Source: an uncultured Candidatus Rokubacteria bacterium
GTDB taxonomy: Bacteria; Methylomirabilota; Methylomirabilia; Rokubacteriales; CSP1-6
Reading direction: 5' to 3'
NCBI GenBank assembly: GCA_963758635.1
Contig: CAVWWD010000008.1
Span: forward strand, 1,237,078 to 1,301,077
Length of the DNA: 64,000 nt
The position numbers and the translations under genes were made by a program. A model generated the notes under the pieces. That model saw only the letters and a program-made list of their open reading frames with translations, did not search any database and had not been told where the DNA came from. This document shows, in pieces, positions 19,243 to 37,800 of the stretch; the stretch's first letter is position 1; every line of letters starts with the position of its first letter.

Positions 19243-22200
19243 TTGAACGAGCTGCGGACGGTGCTGTCTCGGCTGGTCGCGGTGGCCCTCGTCACCGGCG
19301 TGATGCTCGGCGGCGGGTGCACGCAGAGCCCCGAGGTGAAGAAGCAGAAGGCGCTCGAGCGTGCGGAGGTCCACCTCAAGGACGGTAAGCCCAACGAGGC
19401 CATCATCGAGCTGCGCAACGCGCTGCAGGTGGACAAGGACTTCGTGCCCGCCCTGCACGCCCTCGGCCGCGCGTACACGGCCAAGCTGTGGTACGCGGAC
19501 GCGATTCGTGAGCTGAAGCGCGCGCAAACGCTCGCGCCGGACTCCGTGCCCATCGCCCTCGACCTCGGGCGCGCCAGTGTCGACTTCGGCGTCTGGAAGG
19601 AGGCCGGGGAGCAGGCGGACAAGGTCCTCGGCCGCGAGCCCGGCAACACGGCCGGGCTGGAGATGCGCGCCGCGGCGCTCCTCGGCCAAGGCAAGGCGGC
19701 GGAGGCGCTGGTCGTCCTCGACACGATCCCCGCGGCCCAGCGTGGCGCGAGCCAGTCCGTGCGGGGACGCGCGCTCGCCCGGCTCGGCAAGACGGCGGAG
19801 GCCGAGCAGGCGTTCAAGGCGGCGCTGGCCGCCGACCCCAAGGATTACCGGAGCCTCAGCGGGCTCGGCGAGATCTCGCTCAGTCGGAGGCAATGGGAAG
19901 AAGCGGCCAAGCTCTACGGCGACGCGAAGGCGATCCAGCCCGGCGACCCGCGGATCCGCCTCGGCCTCGCCACCGCGAAGGCCCAGCTCAAGAAGGTGCC
20001 CGAGGCCATCCAGGAGCTGGAGAGCCTGGACCGGCGCTCCCGCACGTTCCCCGTCATACTCGCCCTCGGGACGCTCTACCTCCAGGCCAATCGCCCCACG
20101 GAGGCGATCAATCTCCTCGCCCCCATCGTCCAGCGCCTGCCCCAGGCGACCGACGTGCGCTTCCTGCTCGCGTCCGCGTATCTCGCCAACAACCAGGCGG
20201 ACTACGCGATCGGCGAGTTCGAAACCCTCGTGCGCGAGAACCCGAAGAACACGCTGGTGCAGTACAGGCTCGCCCAGGCGTTCCTGCGCCGCGGGCAGGC
20301 GAAGGAGGCCCTGGCGCGTCTCGACGGCATCGCCAAGTCCTTCGAGAAGGTCGCCGAGTACCATCTGGAGCGAGGGAGGGCGTTCATGGTGCTCGGACGC
20401 CCGGACGACGCCACCAAGGCGGTGGCCGTCGCGCAGAAGCTCGCGCCCGACTGGCCGCAGCCCTACCTCCTCGCCGGCGAGATCCGGCTCCAGCAGGGCG
20501 ATCGGAGCGGCGCGCGCGCGATGTACGTGAAGGCGGCCGAGCTCGACGCGAGCTACGCTCCCGCGCACATGGCGCTCGGCCGGCTCAACGAGGCCGAGCA
20601 GAAGTTCGACGCCGCGCTCCAGGAGTACGACGCCGCCGTCGCCGCGGACCCGAAGTCCGTCGCCACCGTGCGCAGCAAGGCGGGCGCCCTCATCAGGCAG
20701 AAGAAGGTCAAGGAGGCCATCCAGTTCGTCGAGGCCAAGGTGAAGGAGGAGCCGAACAACGGGACGCTGCGCTCGCTGCTGGGCGCCGCCTACCTGCTCG
20801 ACAAGCAGTACGACAAAGCGGGCGCGGCCTACAAGGCGGCGGTGGACCTTGACCAGCGTGCCGTCGAGCCGCGCCTTGGCCTCGCGCGGGTCGCCCTGGC
20901 GCAGCAGCGGGAAGAGGAGGCCCTGAGCCAGCTCCAGAGCGCGGTGAAGATACGGCCGGACCACCGCGTCGCCGTGCTCCTGCTCGCCTCGCTGGCCGAC
21001 AAGCTCGGGCGCCCGGAGGTGGCGGTACCCGTCGTCGAGGCGGCGCTCAAGGCGTCGCCCAAGCAGACAGACCTCGTGCTCGTGCTCTCCGACCTCTATG
21101 TGCGCGTGGGTAAGTACGACCAGGCGATCGCCGGGCTCAGCACGCTGATCGCGGAGAACCCGAACCTCACCGCGGCGCGGATCGTCCGCGGGCAGGCGCT
21201 GCTCGCCAAGCGCGACGGCGCGGCCGCTCTCAAGGACTTCACCGCCGTGGCCCAGGCCCACCCGAAGTCGGCCCAGGCCCACTACCTGCTCGCGCGGTCG
21301 CACGTCGTGCTGAACCAGGTGAACCAGGCCAAGAAGGAGTACGAAGAGGCGCTCAAGCTCGACCCCAAGCTCGAAGGTGCCAAGACGGAGCTGGCCGTGC
21401 TGTCCGGGGCGAAACCCGACGAGGACGCCTACACCAAGCGAGTGGCCCAGCTCCGGGAGGCCATCAAGAAGGACCCGCGCAACGTCGCGCTGCGGATGGC
21501 CCTCGCCACCGACCTCATCACGCTCCGCCAGACCAAGGAGGCCCAGACCGAGCTCAAGCAACTCCTGGAGCTGTCGCCCAGCCACACGGTGGCCAACGTC
21601 ACGATGGCGGAGCTGCTCATGGCCCAGGGCAGCGCCGACGAGGGCGCCAACCACCTCCGGGCCGCATTGCGTGGCAACCCGTCACACATCCGGGCCAACG
21701 TCCTGCTCGGGCGCTACCTCGAGTCACGCGGCCAGCGGGAGGAGGCGATCGCGCGGTACCAGGCCGCGCTCCGCGTCAACCCGAACCTGGTGGACGTGAA
21801 GCTCCAGCTCGGCCTGCTCTACGCGGCGGCCAAGCGGCTGCCCGAGGCGCTCAAGATGGTCGAGGAGGTGCAGACGAGCCTCCCGAACAGTCCGGCCCCT
21901 CTCATCCTCAAGGGCTTCATCCAGCTCGCCCAGCTGAACCCGAAGGCGGCCGCCGACACCTTCGGCGCCGCGCTGAGACTCAAGCCGGACGCCGGCGACG
22001 CCCACCGCGGCCTCGCCCAGGCCTACGAGGGACTCGAGCAGAACGACCGGGCCATCGAGACCTACCGCAAGGCGATCGCCGTGAACGAGAACGACCTCAT
22101 CAGCCTCAACAACCTCGCCTGGCTCATCAGCGAGCACCGGAAGAAGCCCGACGAGGCGCTGCCCTTCGCGATCCGGGCGCAGCAGCTCGCGCCGCAGCTT

Positions 22201-22452
22201 CCCACGGTGCTCGACACGCTGGGCTGGATCCACTACCGGCGCGCCGCTTACGAGGAAGCCGAGAAGCTGATCACCAAGGCGGTCGAGCGCAGCCCCAACA
22301 ACGGGGCGATGCAGTACCACCTGGGCATGACGTACGTGAAGCTCGGGCGGAAAGGGGACGCGGTCTCCAGCCTGCGCCGCGCCTCCCAGCTCGACCCCAA
22401 GCTCGCCCGCGCCGAGCGCATCCCCGACCTCATCAAGGACCTCGGCGGCTGA
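19243..22452 (+). CDS. prsT: Long TPR-repeat lipoprotein, PEP-CTERM system PrsT-like
   Basis: Lipobox LGGG-C, AIIELRNALQ, many TPRs, C-terminal LNNLAWL...LDTLGWI...YHLG; start codon uncertain. Confidence 0.8.
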   Translation: MNELRTVLSRLVAVALVTGVMLGGGCTQSPEVKKQKALERAEVHLKDGKPNEAIIELRNALQVDKDFVPALHALGRAYTAKLWYADAIRELKRAQTLAPDSVPIALDLGRASVDFGVWKEAGEQADKVLGREPGNTAGLEMRAAALLGQGKAAEALVVLDTIPAAQRGASQSVRGRALARLGKTAEAEQAFKAALAADPKDYRSLSGLGEISLSRRQWEEAAKLYGDAKAIQPGDPRIRLGLATAKAQLKKVPEAIQELESLDRRSRTFPVILALGTLYLQANRPTEAINLLAPIVQRLPQATDVRFLLASAYLANNQADYAIGEFETLVRENPKNTLVQYRLAQAFLRRGQAKEALARLDGIAKSFEKVAEYHLERGRAFMVLGRPDDATKAVAVAQKLAPDWPQPYLLAGEIRLQQGDRSGARAMYVKAAELDASYAPAHMALGRLNEAEQKFDAALQEYDAAVAADPKSVATVRSKAGALIRQKKVKEAIQFVEAKVKEEPNNGTLRSLLGAAYLLDKQYDKAGAAYKAAVDLDQRAVEPRLGLARVALAQQREEEALSQLQSAVKIRPDHRVAVLLLASLADKLGRPEVAVPVVEAALKASPKQTDLVLVLSDLYVRVGKYDQAIAGLSTLIAENPNLTAARIVRGQALLAKRDGAAALKDFTAVAQAHPKSAQAHYLLARSHVVLNQVNQAKKEYEEALKLDPKLEGAKTELAVLSGAKPDEDAYTKRVAQLREAIKKDPRNVALRMALATDLITLRQTKEAQTELKQLLELSPSHTVANVTMAELLMAQGSADEGANHLRAALRGNPSHIRANVLLGRYLESRGQREEAIARYQAALRVNPNLVDVKLQLGLLYAAAKRLPEALKMVEEVQTSLPNSPAPLILKGFIQLAQLNPKAAADTFGAALRLKPDAGDAHRGLAQAYEGLEQNDRAIETYRKAIAVNENDLISLNNLAWLISEHRKKPDEALPFAIRAQQLAPQLPTVLDTLGWIHYRRAAYEEAEKLITKAVERSPNNGAMQYHLGMTYVKLGRKGDAVSSLRRASQLDPKLARAERIPDLIKDLGG

Positions 22453-22484
22453 GAGCGCTCGACAAGCTTCTTCGGCGACTCCGC

Positions 22485-23898
22485 GTGAGCCTGCCCGGGA
22501 GATCCGCCGAGATCCTCGCCTTCCTCCGGTCGGCGGAGCCGGAGATGCTGGAGATGAGGGCGAGGCCGCGGTGCTGGAGTCGTTCCGAGCGCCGCCGCCG
22601 AGGTGCCGGCGTACGCGGACATCCTGAAGCGCCACGGCGTGGATCCCGCGAGCGTCACCGACCTGGACGCCTTCCGCGCCCGCGTGCCGCTCACCGACAA
22701 GAGCACCACGTTCCTCGCGTACCCCGTGCGCGAGCTGTGCCGGGGCGGCGGCCTCGCCGGCATCAAGTCGATCATCCCGAGCTCCGGGCACTCCGGCACG
22801 TTCGCCTTCAGCGTGGACACCGCGGAGGGCGCGGCGCTGGCCGCCAAGGGCGTGGACCTCGCCTTCGAGTACGTGCTCGAGATCTCGTCGCGCCGGGGGC
22901 TCGTGCTCAACTGCTACCCCACGGGGCTCCAGGTCCCCACGTCGATGGCCGTCGCCAACACCGGCGTGAGCGCGGACGTGGCCCTGGCCATCGTGCGGGC
23001 CGTCGCCGCCGAGTTCGAGCAGCTCGTCATCGTGGGGCAGCCGCTGTTCGTGAAGAAGCTGGTGGAGGACGGCGTCGAGCAGGGCATCGACTGGGCGCGC
23101 CTGCGCACCACGCTGGTCACCGGCGGGGAAGGGTTCGTCGAGAGCTGGCGGACGTACATGTCGGGGCTGCTCGGCATCGCCGATCCCGACAACCCCACCA
23201 CCCAGTTCGTGGCGTCCACCATGGGGGCGCGGGAGCTCGGGCTGAACCTGTTCCACGAGATCCCGGAGACCATCCGAATCATCCGCCGCGCGTACCGTGA
23301 CTCGTCGCTGCGCGAGGCCCTCTTCGGGGCGGGCGTGACGCATACGCCCCACTTCTTCCTCTACTACCCGATGCGCAGCTTCATCGAGGAGATCCCCGCG
23401 CCGGGCTGGCCGGGCGGCGACCTCGCAGTGTCGCACACCGCGCTCGACCTGCCGCTGCCACTCCTGCGCTACCGCACCGGCGACCTCGTGCGGCTGATCC
23501 CCCACCGGCGCCTCGAGGAGATCCTGGACGGGCACGCCCCCGACCTCGCGCTGCCCGGGCTCAAGCTGCCCGTCGCCGGCGTGTTCGGCCGCCGGGACGC
23601 GCTCCAGGCCGGCGCGCACCGCATCAGCGGCGAGATGCTGAAGGAAGCGCTCTTCCTGGACCCGGAGGTGGCGCGCGCGGTGACCGGATTCTTCAGCGCT
23701 CGGCTCGACGGCGGGGCGCTCCGCCTGGAGGTGCAGCTCCGCGAGGGGCGGAAGCCGGGAAGCGAGCTCGACGACCGGCTCGCGCGGGCGCTCGGCTCGA
23801 CGCTACCGGCGGGCGCCCGGTGTACGGCGCGCTTTCACGAGTCGGCCGCGTTCCCGCAGCGCACCACCCACGAGCGGAAGCACCACTACCTCACGTAG
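22485..23898 (+). CDS. Phenylacetate-CoA ligase (PaaK/F390 synthetase)-like adenylate-forming enzyme; one indel near 22560
   Basis: VPAYADIL, VPLTDK, SSGHSG P-loop, GGEGF, PLLRYRTGDL, FGR. Confidence 0.8.
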
Positions 23899-23957
23899 CC
23901 CCGCCCAGGCTCACGTAGCTCAGGCCGCCCCGGGCCGGACGACCACCGGCGCCGGGG

Positions 23958-31380
<7,423 letters not shown>

Positions 31381-31384
<4 letters not shown>

Positions 31385-34300
31385 GCCTCGTCCTCGGCGA
31401 GGATGCGGGCGGCGTCCTCCTCCGACAGCGCGCCGATCTCGCCCAGGAGGGCGCCGGTGTCCTCGCCCCCGCTGGCAAGACGGCTCACGATCGCGAGCGC
31501 GAGCCCTTCGACCGTCGGTCGCTCGAACGGAACGCGCGCGGGCAGATCGACGCCCAGGTCGTCCCGGACCCGGCCCAGCAGGCGCACCACGAGGAGCGAG
31601 TGCCCGCCGAGATCGAAGAAGTTGTCGTCGACGCCGACCCGCTCGACCCCGAGGACGTCGCGCCAGATCGCCCGCGAGCGCCTGCTCCATGGGCGTGGCG
31701 GGCGCGTCGAACGGCTCGCCGCCTCGGGCCGGCACGGCGCGGGAGCCGGCAGCGCCCTGCGGTCCAACTTGCCGGCGGGCGTCGGGGAGCCCGTCGAGCG
31801 CCACGAAGGCGGAGGGCACCATGTATGCGGGAAGCCGCTCCCCGAGGAAGTCCCGGATATCGTGGCCGGCGGAGTGCCGCTCCGCCGTCGGTGACGACGT
31901 AGGCCACGAGGCGCGGGTCCCCGGCCGGTCCTCCCGCACCACGCGACGGCGCCCGGCGGATCGCCGGGTGCTGCTCCAGCACCCCCTCGACCTCCGGCAG
32001 CTCGACGCGGAAGCCCCGCACCTTGACCTGGCCGTCGGTGCGCCCGATGAACTCAACGGTCCCGTCGGGGACGGTAGCCGCCGCGGTCGCCCGTGCGATA
32101 GCAGCGGTCCGCGACGTCGCCCGTGAAGGGCTGCCGACGAAGCGCGCGCGTGTCAGCTCGGCGTCGTCGAGATAGCCTCGGGCCAGGTGCGGGCTCCGGA
32201 CGTGAATCTCGCCGGGCTCGCCGACGCCCGCGAGCTGTCCGGCGGCGGTCAGGACGAGGAGCTGCGACGTCCGGCATGCCGCGCCCGAGCGGGATCGGGT
32301 CGCGCGGGTCGAGCGGCCTCGTCGGCCGGGGACGACGAAGGATCCCAGAGCGCGCTGGGTCTCCGTGGTGCCGTAGAGGTTCACGGCCGTGACGTTCGGG
32401 GCGAGCGCGCGCAGCCGCGCGACGTTCCGGTGGGTCAGGGCATCGCCGACGATGAAGGCGTAGCGCAGCGACGCGACCGGATCAGCCGCCGCCTGGTCCC
32501 GCGGCGCGGACCCGCACAGGAAGTGCACCATCGCCGGCGTGAGGTTCGTGGCCGAGATCGCCTCCTCGCGCAACCAGCTCGGCCAGCCAGCCCGGGCTGG
32601 CCATCTGCTCCGGATCGGGGATGCAGAGCGTGCCTCCCACCCAGAGCGCGGTGAAGATGTCCCGCTGAAGGGGATCGTGGGACAGCGCCGACAGCATGCT
32701 GAAACGGTCGGCTTCACCGAGAGCGAAGGTCTCGACGAACCAGGGCAGGAAGTGGGACAGCGGAGCCATGGCGCCCCAGGATCCCCTTCGGCCGGCCCGT
32801 CGAGCCCGACGTGAACGCGACGCAGGCCAGGTCATCGGGACCCACGGGACGCCGGGATCGCCCGCCGCGTACTGCGTGATCGGCGGGCCGACGTTCGTCG
32901 CCGCGCGGGGGCCGGGGCCGAGCCGGGCGCGCCGCGGGATCGCCGCCACGAACGCGGCCAGCTCGGCCGGGGGCGATCCGGCCGCCGCGATCTCGAGCCA
33001 CGCCCGCGGCTCGGCCATGCGCAGGCAGTCCAGCAGGCGCGCGGCCGGGTAGGCCGGGTCCAGGATCAGGAAGGCCGCACCGGCCTTGAGGGCGCCGAGC
33101 ACGCGCCCACACCAGCGGGGCGCTGCGGTGCCCGTAGACCGCCACGACATCCTCGGCGCCGACGCCGCCCTCGCGCAGCCAGTGGGCGAGCTGGTTGCTC
33201 CGGGCGTCGAGCTCCCCGTACGTCCAGCGCCGTCCCGGTCGACGAGAGCGATCCGGTCCGGGCGGCGCAGCGCCTGCCGAGCCACGGCGGTGTGGACGCC
33301 GCCCTGCCAGCCCGCGTCGAGCGCGGCCACGGCGGATCCGGCAGGACGGGCCGCGCGGTCGGCGTCACGAGCGAGATGGCGCGAGAGCCGCTCGTCGGGA
33401 TCCTCGACGACCTCGCGCGAGCAGCTGTCGCAGCTGGGCGAGCAGCTCGGCGCATCCGCGCGTCGTCGAACAGGTCGGCGTTGGAGACCGCGATCAGCTG
33501 GATGCCGTTCTCGACCGTGCCGGTAGTAGAGCGTCAGGTCGAACAGCGCCGTCTCTCGGGGAAGGCGAGCTTCGATGCGACGCCCGGTCGAGCGGCGAAG
33601 TCGTCCTCGAACTCGCTGCATGTTCAGGAGCACCTGGAAGGGCGAGCGTGCGCCCGGCGTCCCGACTCCGGGCGCAGCTCCTCCAGGACCCGCTCGAACG
33701 GCAGTCCTGGTTGGCGTACGCCTCCAGTGCCACCTGGCGCGTCCGGCCGAGCAGGTCGCGGAAGCTGGGCCGCCCCGACAGGTCGGTTCGCAGGACCAGC
33801 GTCGTTGATGAGACAGCCCACGATGGCCCTCGACCTCGGCTCGGTCGCGCCCGGCGACCGGGGTGGCGACCGCGATGTCGTCCTCGCCGGAGTAGCGATG
33901 CAGGAGGGCCTGGAGGGCGGCGAGCAGCAGCATGAACAGCGTCACCTGCTCCTCGGCACGGAGGCGATCCAGACGCGTCGGACAGCGGCCGCGGGCAGCG
34001 CGCGACCTCGCGACGGCCGGCGAAGCTCCGCGCCCGGGGCCGAGCGCGGTCGGTGGGAAGCGGGAGCTGCGGAAGGGGGCCGCCGAGCTGGCGCCGCCAG
34101 TAGGCGAGCTGCGGCTCGAGCGCGCCGGAGGCGACCTGGGCTCGCTGCCAGACGGCGAAGTCGGCGTACTGGATCGGCAGGGGAGCGAGCACGGGCGGTC
34201 GGCGCCGGACGTCGGCGCCGTAGATCTCGCCCAGCTCGCGGAGGAGCACCTCGACCGACCATCCGTCGATGGCGACGTGGTGGAAGACGAGCAGGAGCGC

Positions 34301-34816
34301 GTGGTCGTCCGGGCCAAACCGCAGCAGGCGGGCACGGATCATCAGGTCCGCCGCGAGATCGAACGATCGCCGCGCCTCGGCCGCCGCCGCCTCGGCGATC
34401 GCGGCCTCGTGCTCGCCCCCGGCGAGGTCGGAACGGTCCTCGACCGCCACGGGCACCGGCCCCGCCGCGGCAACGATCTGTCGGGCCTCCCCGCCGACGA
34501 CGGCAATCGTGGTCCGGAGAGCCTCGTGACGGGCGGCCAGAGCATCCAGAGCGCGGCTCAGCGCGCGCGTATCCAGGCTCCCGCGGAGCCGGGCCCCTCG
34601 CAGGACGTTCAGGGCCCGGCCCCCGGAATCGAGCATCTGGAGCAGCCACAGCCGCTCCTGGGAAAACGACAGCGGAATCGCCTCCCCCGGCATTCGCCGC
34701 GGGATGCCGGAAGGTGGGCCACCACGGGAGTCCCCGCCGCGCAGCCGGGCGGCCAGCAAGGCCTGCTTGGCCGGCGACAGGGCCTTGACCCGCTGGGTCA
34801 GGTCGAGGTCAGCCAC
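31381..34816 (-). CDS. NRPS 2: C-A(Lys2/Aad-like)-T (frameshifted)
   Basis: [61 protein letters not shown]. Confidence 0.85.
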
Positions 34817-37800
34817 CGGAGCGCACGTCGGACGAGCGTTGCTCGGCGAGGAGACGCTCGGCTTCCTCCTCCGACAGGTCCTCGATGCGGGCCAGCTCGT
34901 CGGCGTGTCCTCGCGCACGGTCGGCGACCAGCTCCGAGATGCGCGTGGCCATCCGCGCCACCGTGGGCGCTTCGAACAGCGCCCGCACGTCGAGAAGGAC
35001 GCGGAGGTTATCGGCCAGCCGCGTGATCAGCCGAGCGCCGGACAGGGAATGCCCGCCCAGCTCGAAGAAGTTGTCGTGCCGGCCGAGCCGGCTCACTCCG
35101 AGCACGTCCCGCCAGGTCGAGGCGACAGCCTCCTCCAGGCCAGCCGCGGGCGGCTCGTACTCCGCCGTGGAGCTCGACCCGAGCTCGGGCGGGGGCGGGA
35201 GCGCCCGCCGATCGACCTTGCCATTGCCGGTGAGCGGCAGCCGCTCGAGGAAGACGAACGCTCCTGGCACCATGTGGTCGGGCAGCCTCTCGGAGAGGAA
35301 CGCGCGTAGCGCCTCGGCGCGCGGCGGTGGATCCGCCGCGGATACGACGTACGCCACCAGGCGCTTGTCGAGGCCGGCGTCGGCGACGACCTGGACCGTG
35401 CAGTGGCGCACCGACGGGTGGCTCTCGAGCACCGCCTCGATCTCGCCCGGCTCCACGCGAAACCCGCGGATCTTGACCTGGCGGTCCCTGCGGCCGAGGA
35501 ACTCGATCGTGCCGTCGGCGCACAGGCGCGCCAGATCCCCCGTGCGATACAGGCGGCTGCCCGGCGCATCGCTCCACGGATCGGGGACGAAGCGCTCGGC
35601 CGTCAGGTCCGGGCGCCGGAGATACCCGCGGGCCAGGCCGTCGCCGGCCACGCATAGCTCGCCAGGCACGCCCACGGGGACCGGCTGGAAAGAGCTGTCG
35701 AGCACGTACGCGCGGCTGTTGGCGATCGGCCGGCCGATCGGCACCGTCGAGCCCGTGGGCCACGCGCCGGGCACCGTGTGGCAGCACGAGAACGTCGTGT
35801 TCTCGGTCGGCCCATACCCGTTGATCACGCGGCACGCCGGATGCGCCTGCTGGACCCGTCTCACGTGGGCAGGCGACAGGACATCGCCGCCGGCCAGGAG
35901 CTGGCGCACGCCGGCGAGGCGCTTCAGCTGATCGTCGACGAGCTGATGGAACAGACCGGCCGTCAGCCAGAGCGTCGTGACGCCGCCACGCTCGATCGTC
36001 TCGGCGATCTGTCCGAGGGCGAGCGGCGCGGGCGGCGCGACGATCGAGCCGCGCCCCGTTCAGGAGCGCCCCCCACACCTCGAACGTGGACGCATCGAAG
36101 GCCAGGGGCGCCAGCTGCAAGAGCACATCCTCGGCTGACAGGCGGACGTAGTCGGTGTTCTTGACGAGTCGGACGACCGCCCGATGCTCGACGCACACGC
36201 CCTTCGGCTCGCCCGTCGAGCCCGAGGTGTACATCAAGTAGGCCAGGCTCTCCGGGTGCGCGCCGCCGGCGGGATCGTCGACGGGCTCCCTGGCGATCTC
36301 CTCCCAGTCCGCGTCCAGCCTCACGACGGTCGCCGTTCCGGCGGGGAGCCCGCCGGCGAGCCGCTGCTGGGTCAGCACGATCGGCGCCCGCGCCTCGCCG
36401 AGCATGAATGCCAGGCGGCTGGGCGGGAACGTGGGCTCGAGCGGCACGTAGGCCGCCCCCGCCTTCACGATGCCGAGGATTCCCACCACCATTTCCAGCG
36501 CGCGCTCCATGAGAAGCCCCACGAACACCTCAGGTCCTGCCCCGCGGCGCCGGAGGAAGTGCGCGAGCTGGTTGGCCCGGCGGTTCAGCTCGCCGTAGGA
36601 GAGCGTCCGGCCGTCGAAGCTCACCGCGATCGCGTCGGGCGTCCGGCGCGCCTGCTCCTCGAACAGCTCGGCGAGGCTGCGCTCTCGCGGGTACTCCCGG
36701 GACGTTCTCGTTCCACCCGACGGCGAGGTCACGCCGTTCCGTGGGCGATAGGAGCGGCAGGTCGGAAATGGCCCGACCGGGATCCGCCACCAGGGCCTCG
36801 AGGACGCGCCGGTAGTGCTCCATCATCCGGTGGATCGTCGCCTCGTCGAAGAGGTCGGTGCTGTATTCCCACACCAGGGTGAGACCGTCGTCGGCGTCGG
36901 CCAGGGGCGGCCCGATCCGCTGCCGGGAATGCGCAGCCACGATCACGCTCAAGTCGAACTTGGCCGTGCCGTTGGCCGACACGCCCACGAGGAGGTCGCT
37001 CACCGTCAGGGCCGGCGGCGCCGGGGGCATGGGCGAGTCGTGGAAGCTGAAGACGACCTGGAACAGCGGGTTCTGGCTCAGCCCGCGCCGCGGTCGGAGC
37101 ACCTCGACCACCTTCTCGAACGGCAGATCCTGGTTGGCGTCGGCGTCGATGATGACGTCGCGGACGCGGGCCAGGACCTCGCGGGCGGTGGGATCACCCG
37201 ACAGGTCGTTCCGGAGGACCACGTTGTTCACCGCCATGCCGATCAGACCTTCGGTCTCCTTGCGTCGCCGGTTCGCCACGCCCGACCCGACGCAGAGATC
37301 GTCCTGGCCGGTGTACCGGTGGAGCAGGATGGCGAAGGCCGCCTCCATCAGCATGAACAGCGTCACGCCCTCTTCGCGCGCGCGCGCCCGGAGGGCGGCG
37401 GCCAGGGAGCCGGGCAGATCCTGGCGGGGGGCCGCCCCTCGGTAGGACGGGATCGCCGGCCGCGGCCGATCCGTGGCCAGATCGAGCTGGGGCGGGGCGC
37501 CCATGAGCTTGCCCTTCCAGTAGTCGAGCTGCGCCGCCGCCTCGGGGCCCTGCAGCCACTGCCGCTGCCACGCCGTGAAGTCGCCCCACTGAATGGGCAG
37601 CTCCGGCAGCTCGACGGGACGCCCCTCGCACAGCGCGGTGTACGTCTCGAGCAGATCGCGCAGGAAGATGTTGAACGACCAGCCGTCGTGCGTCATGTGG
37701 TGCTCGACCTGGACGAGCACGTGCTCCTCGGGAGACAGCCGCACGAGCGTCCAGCCGATCAGGGGCAACCGACCCAGGTCGAAGGTGGTGTCGAGCTCGG

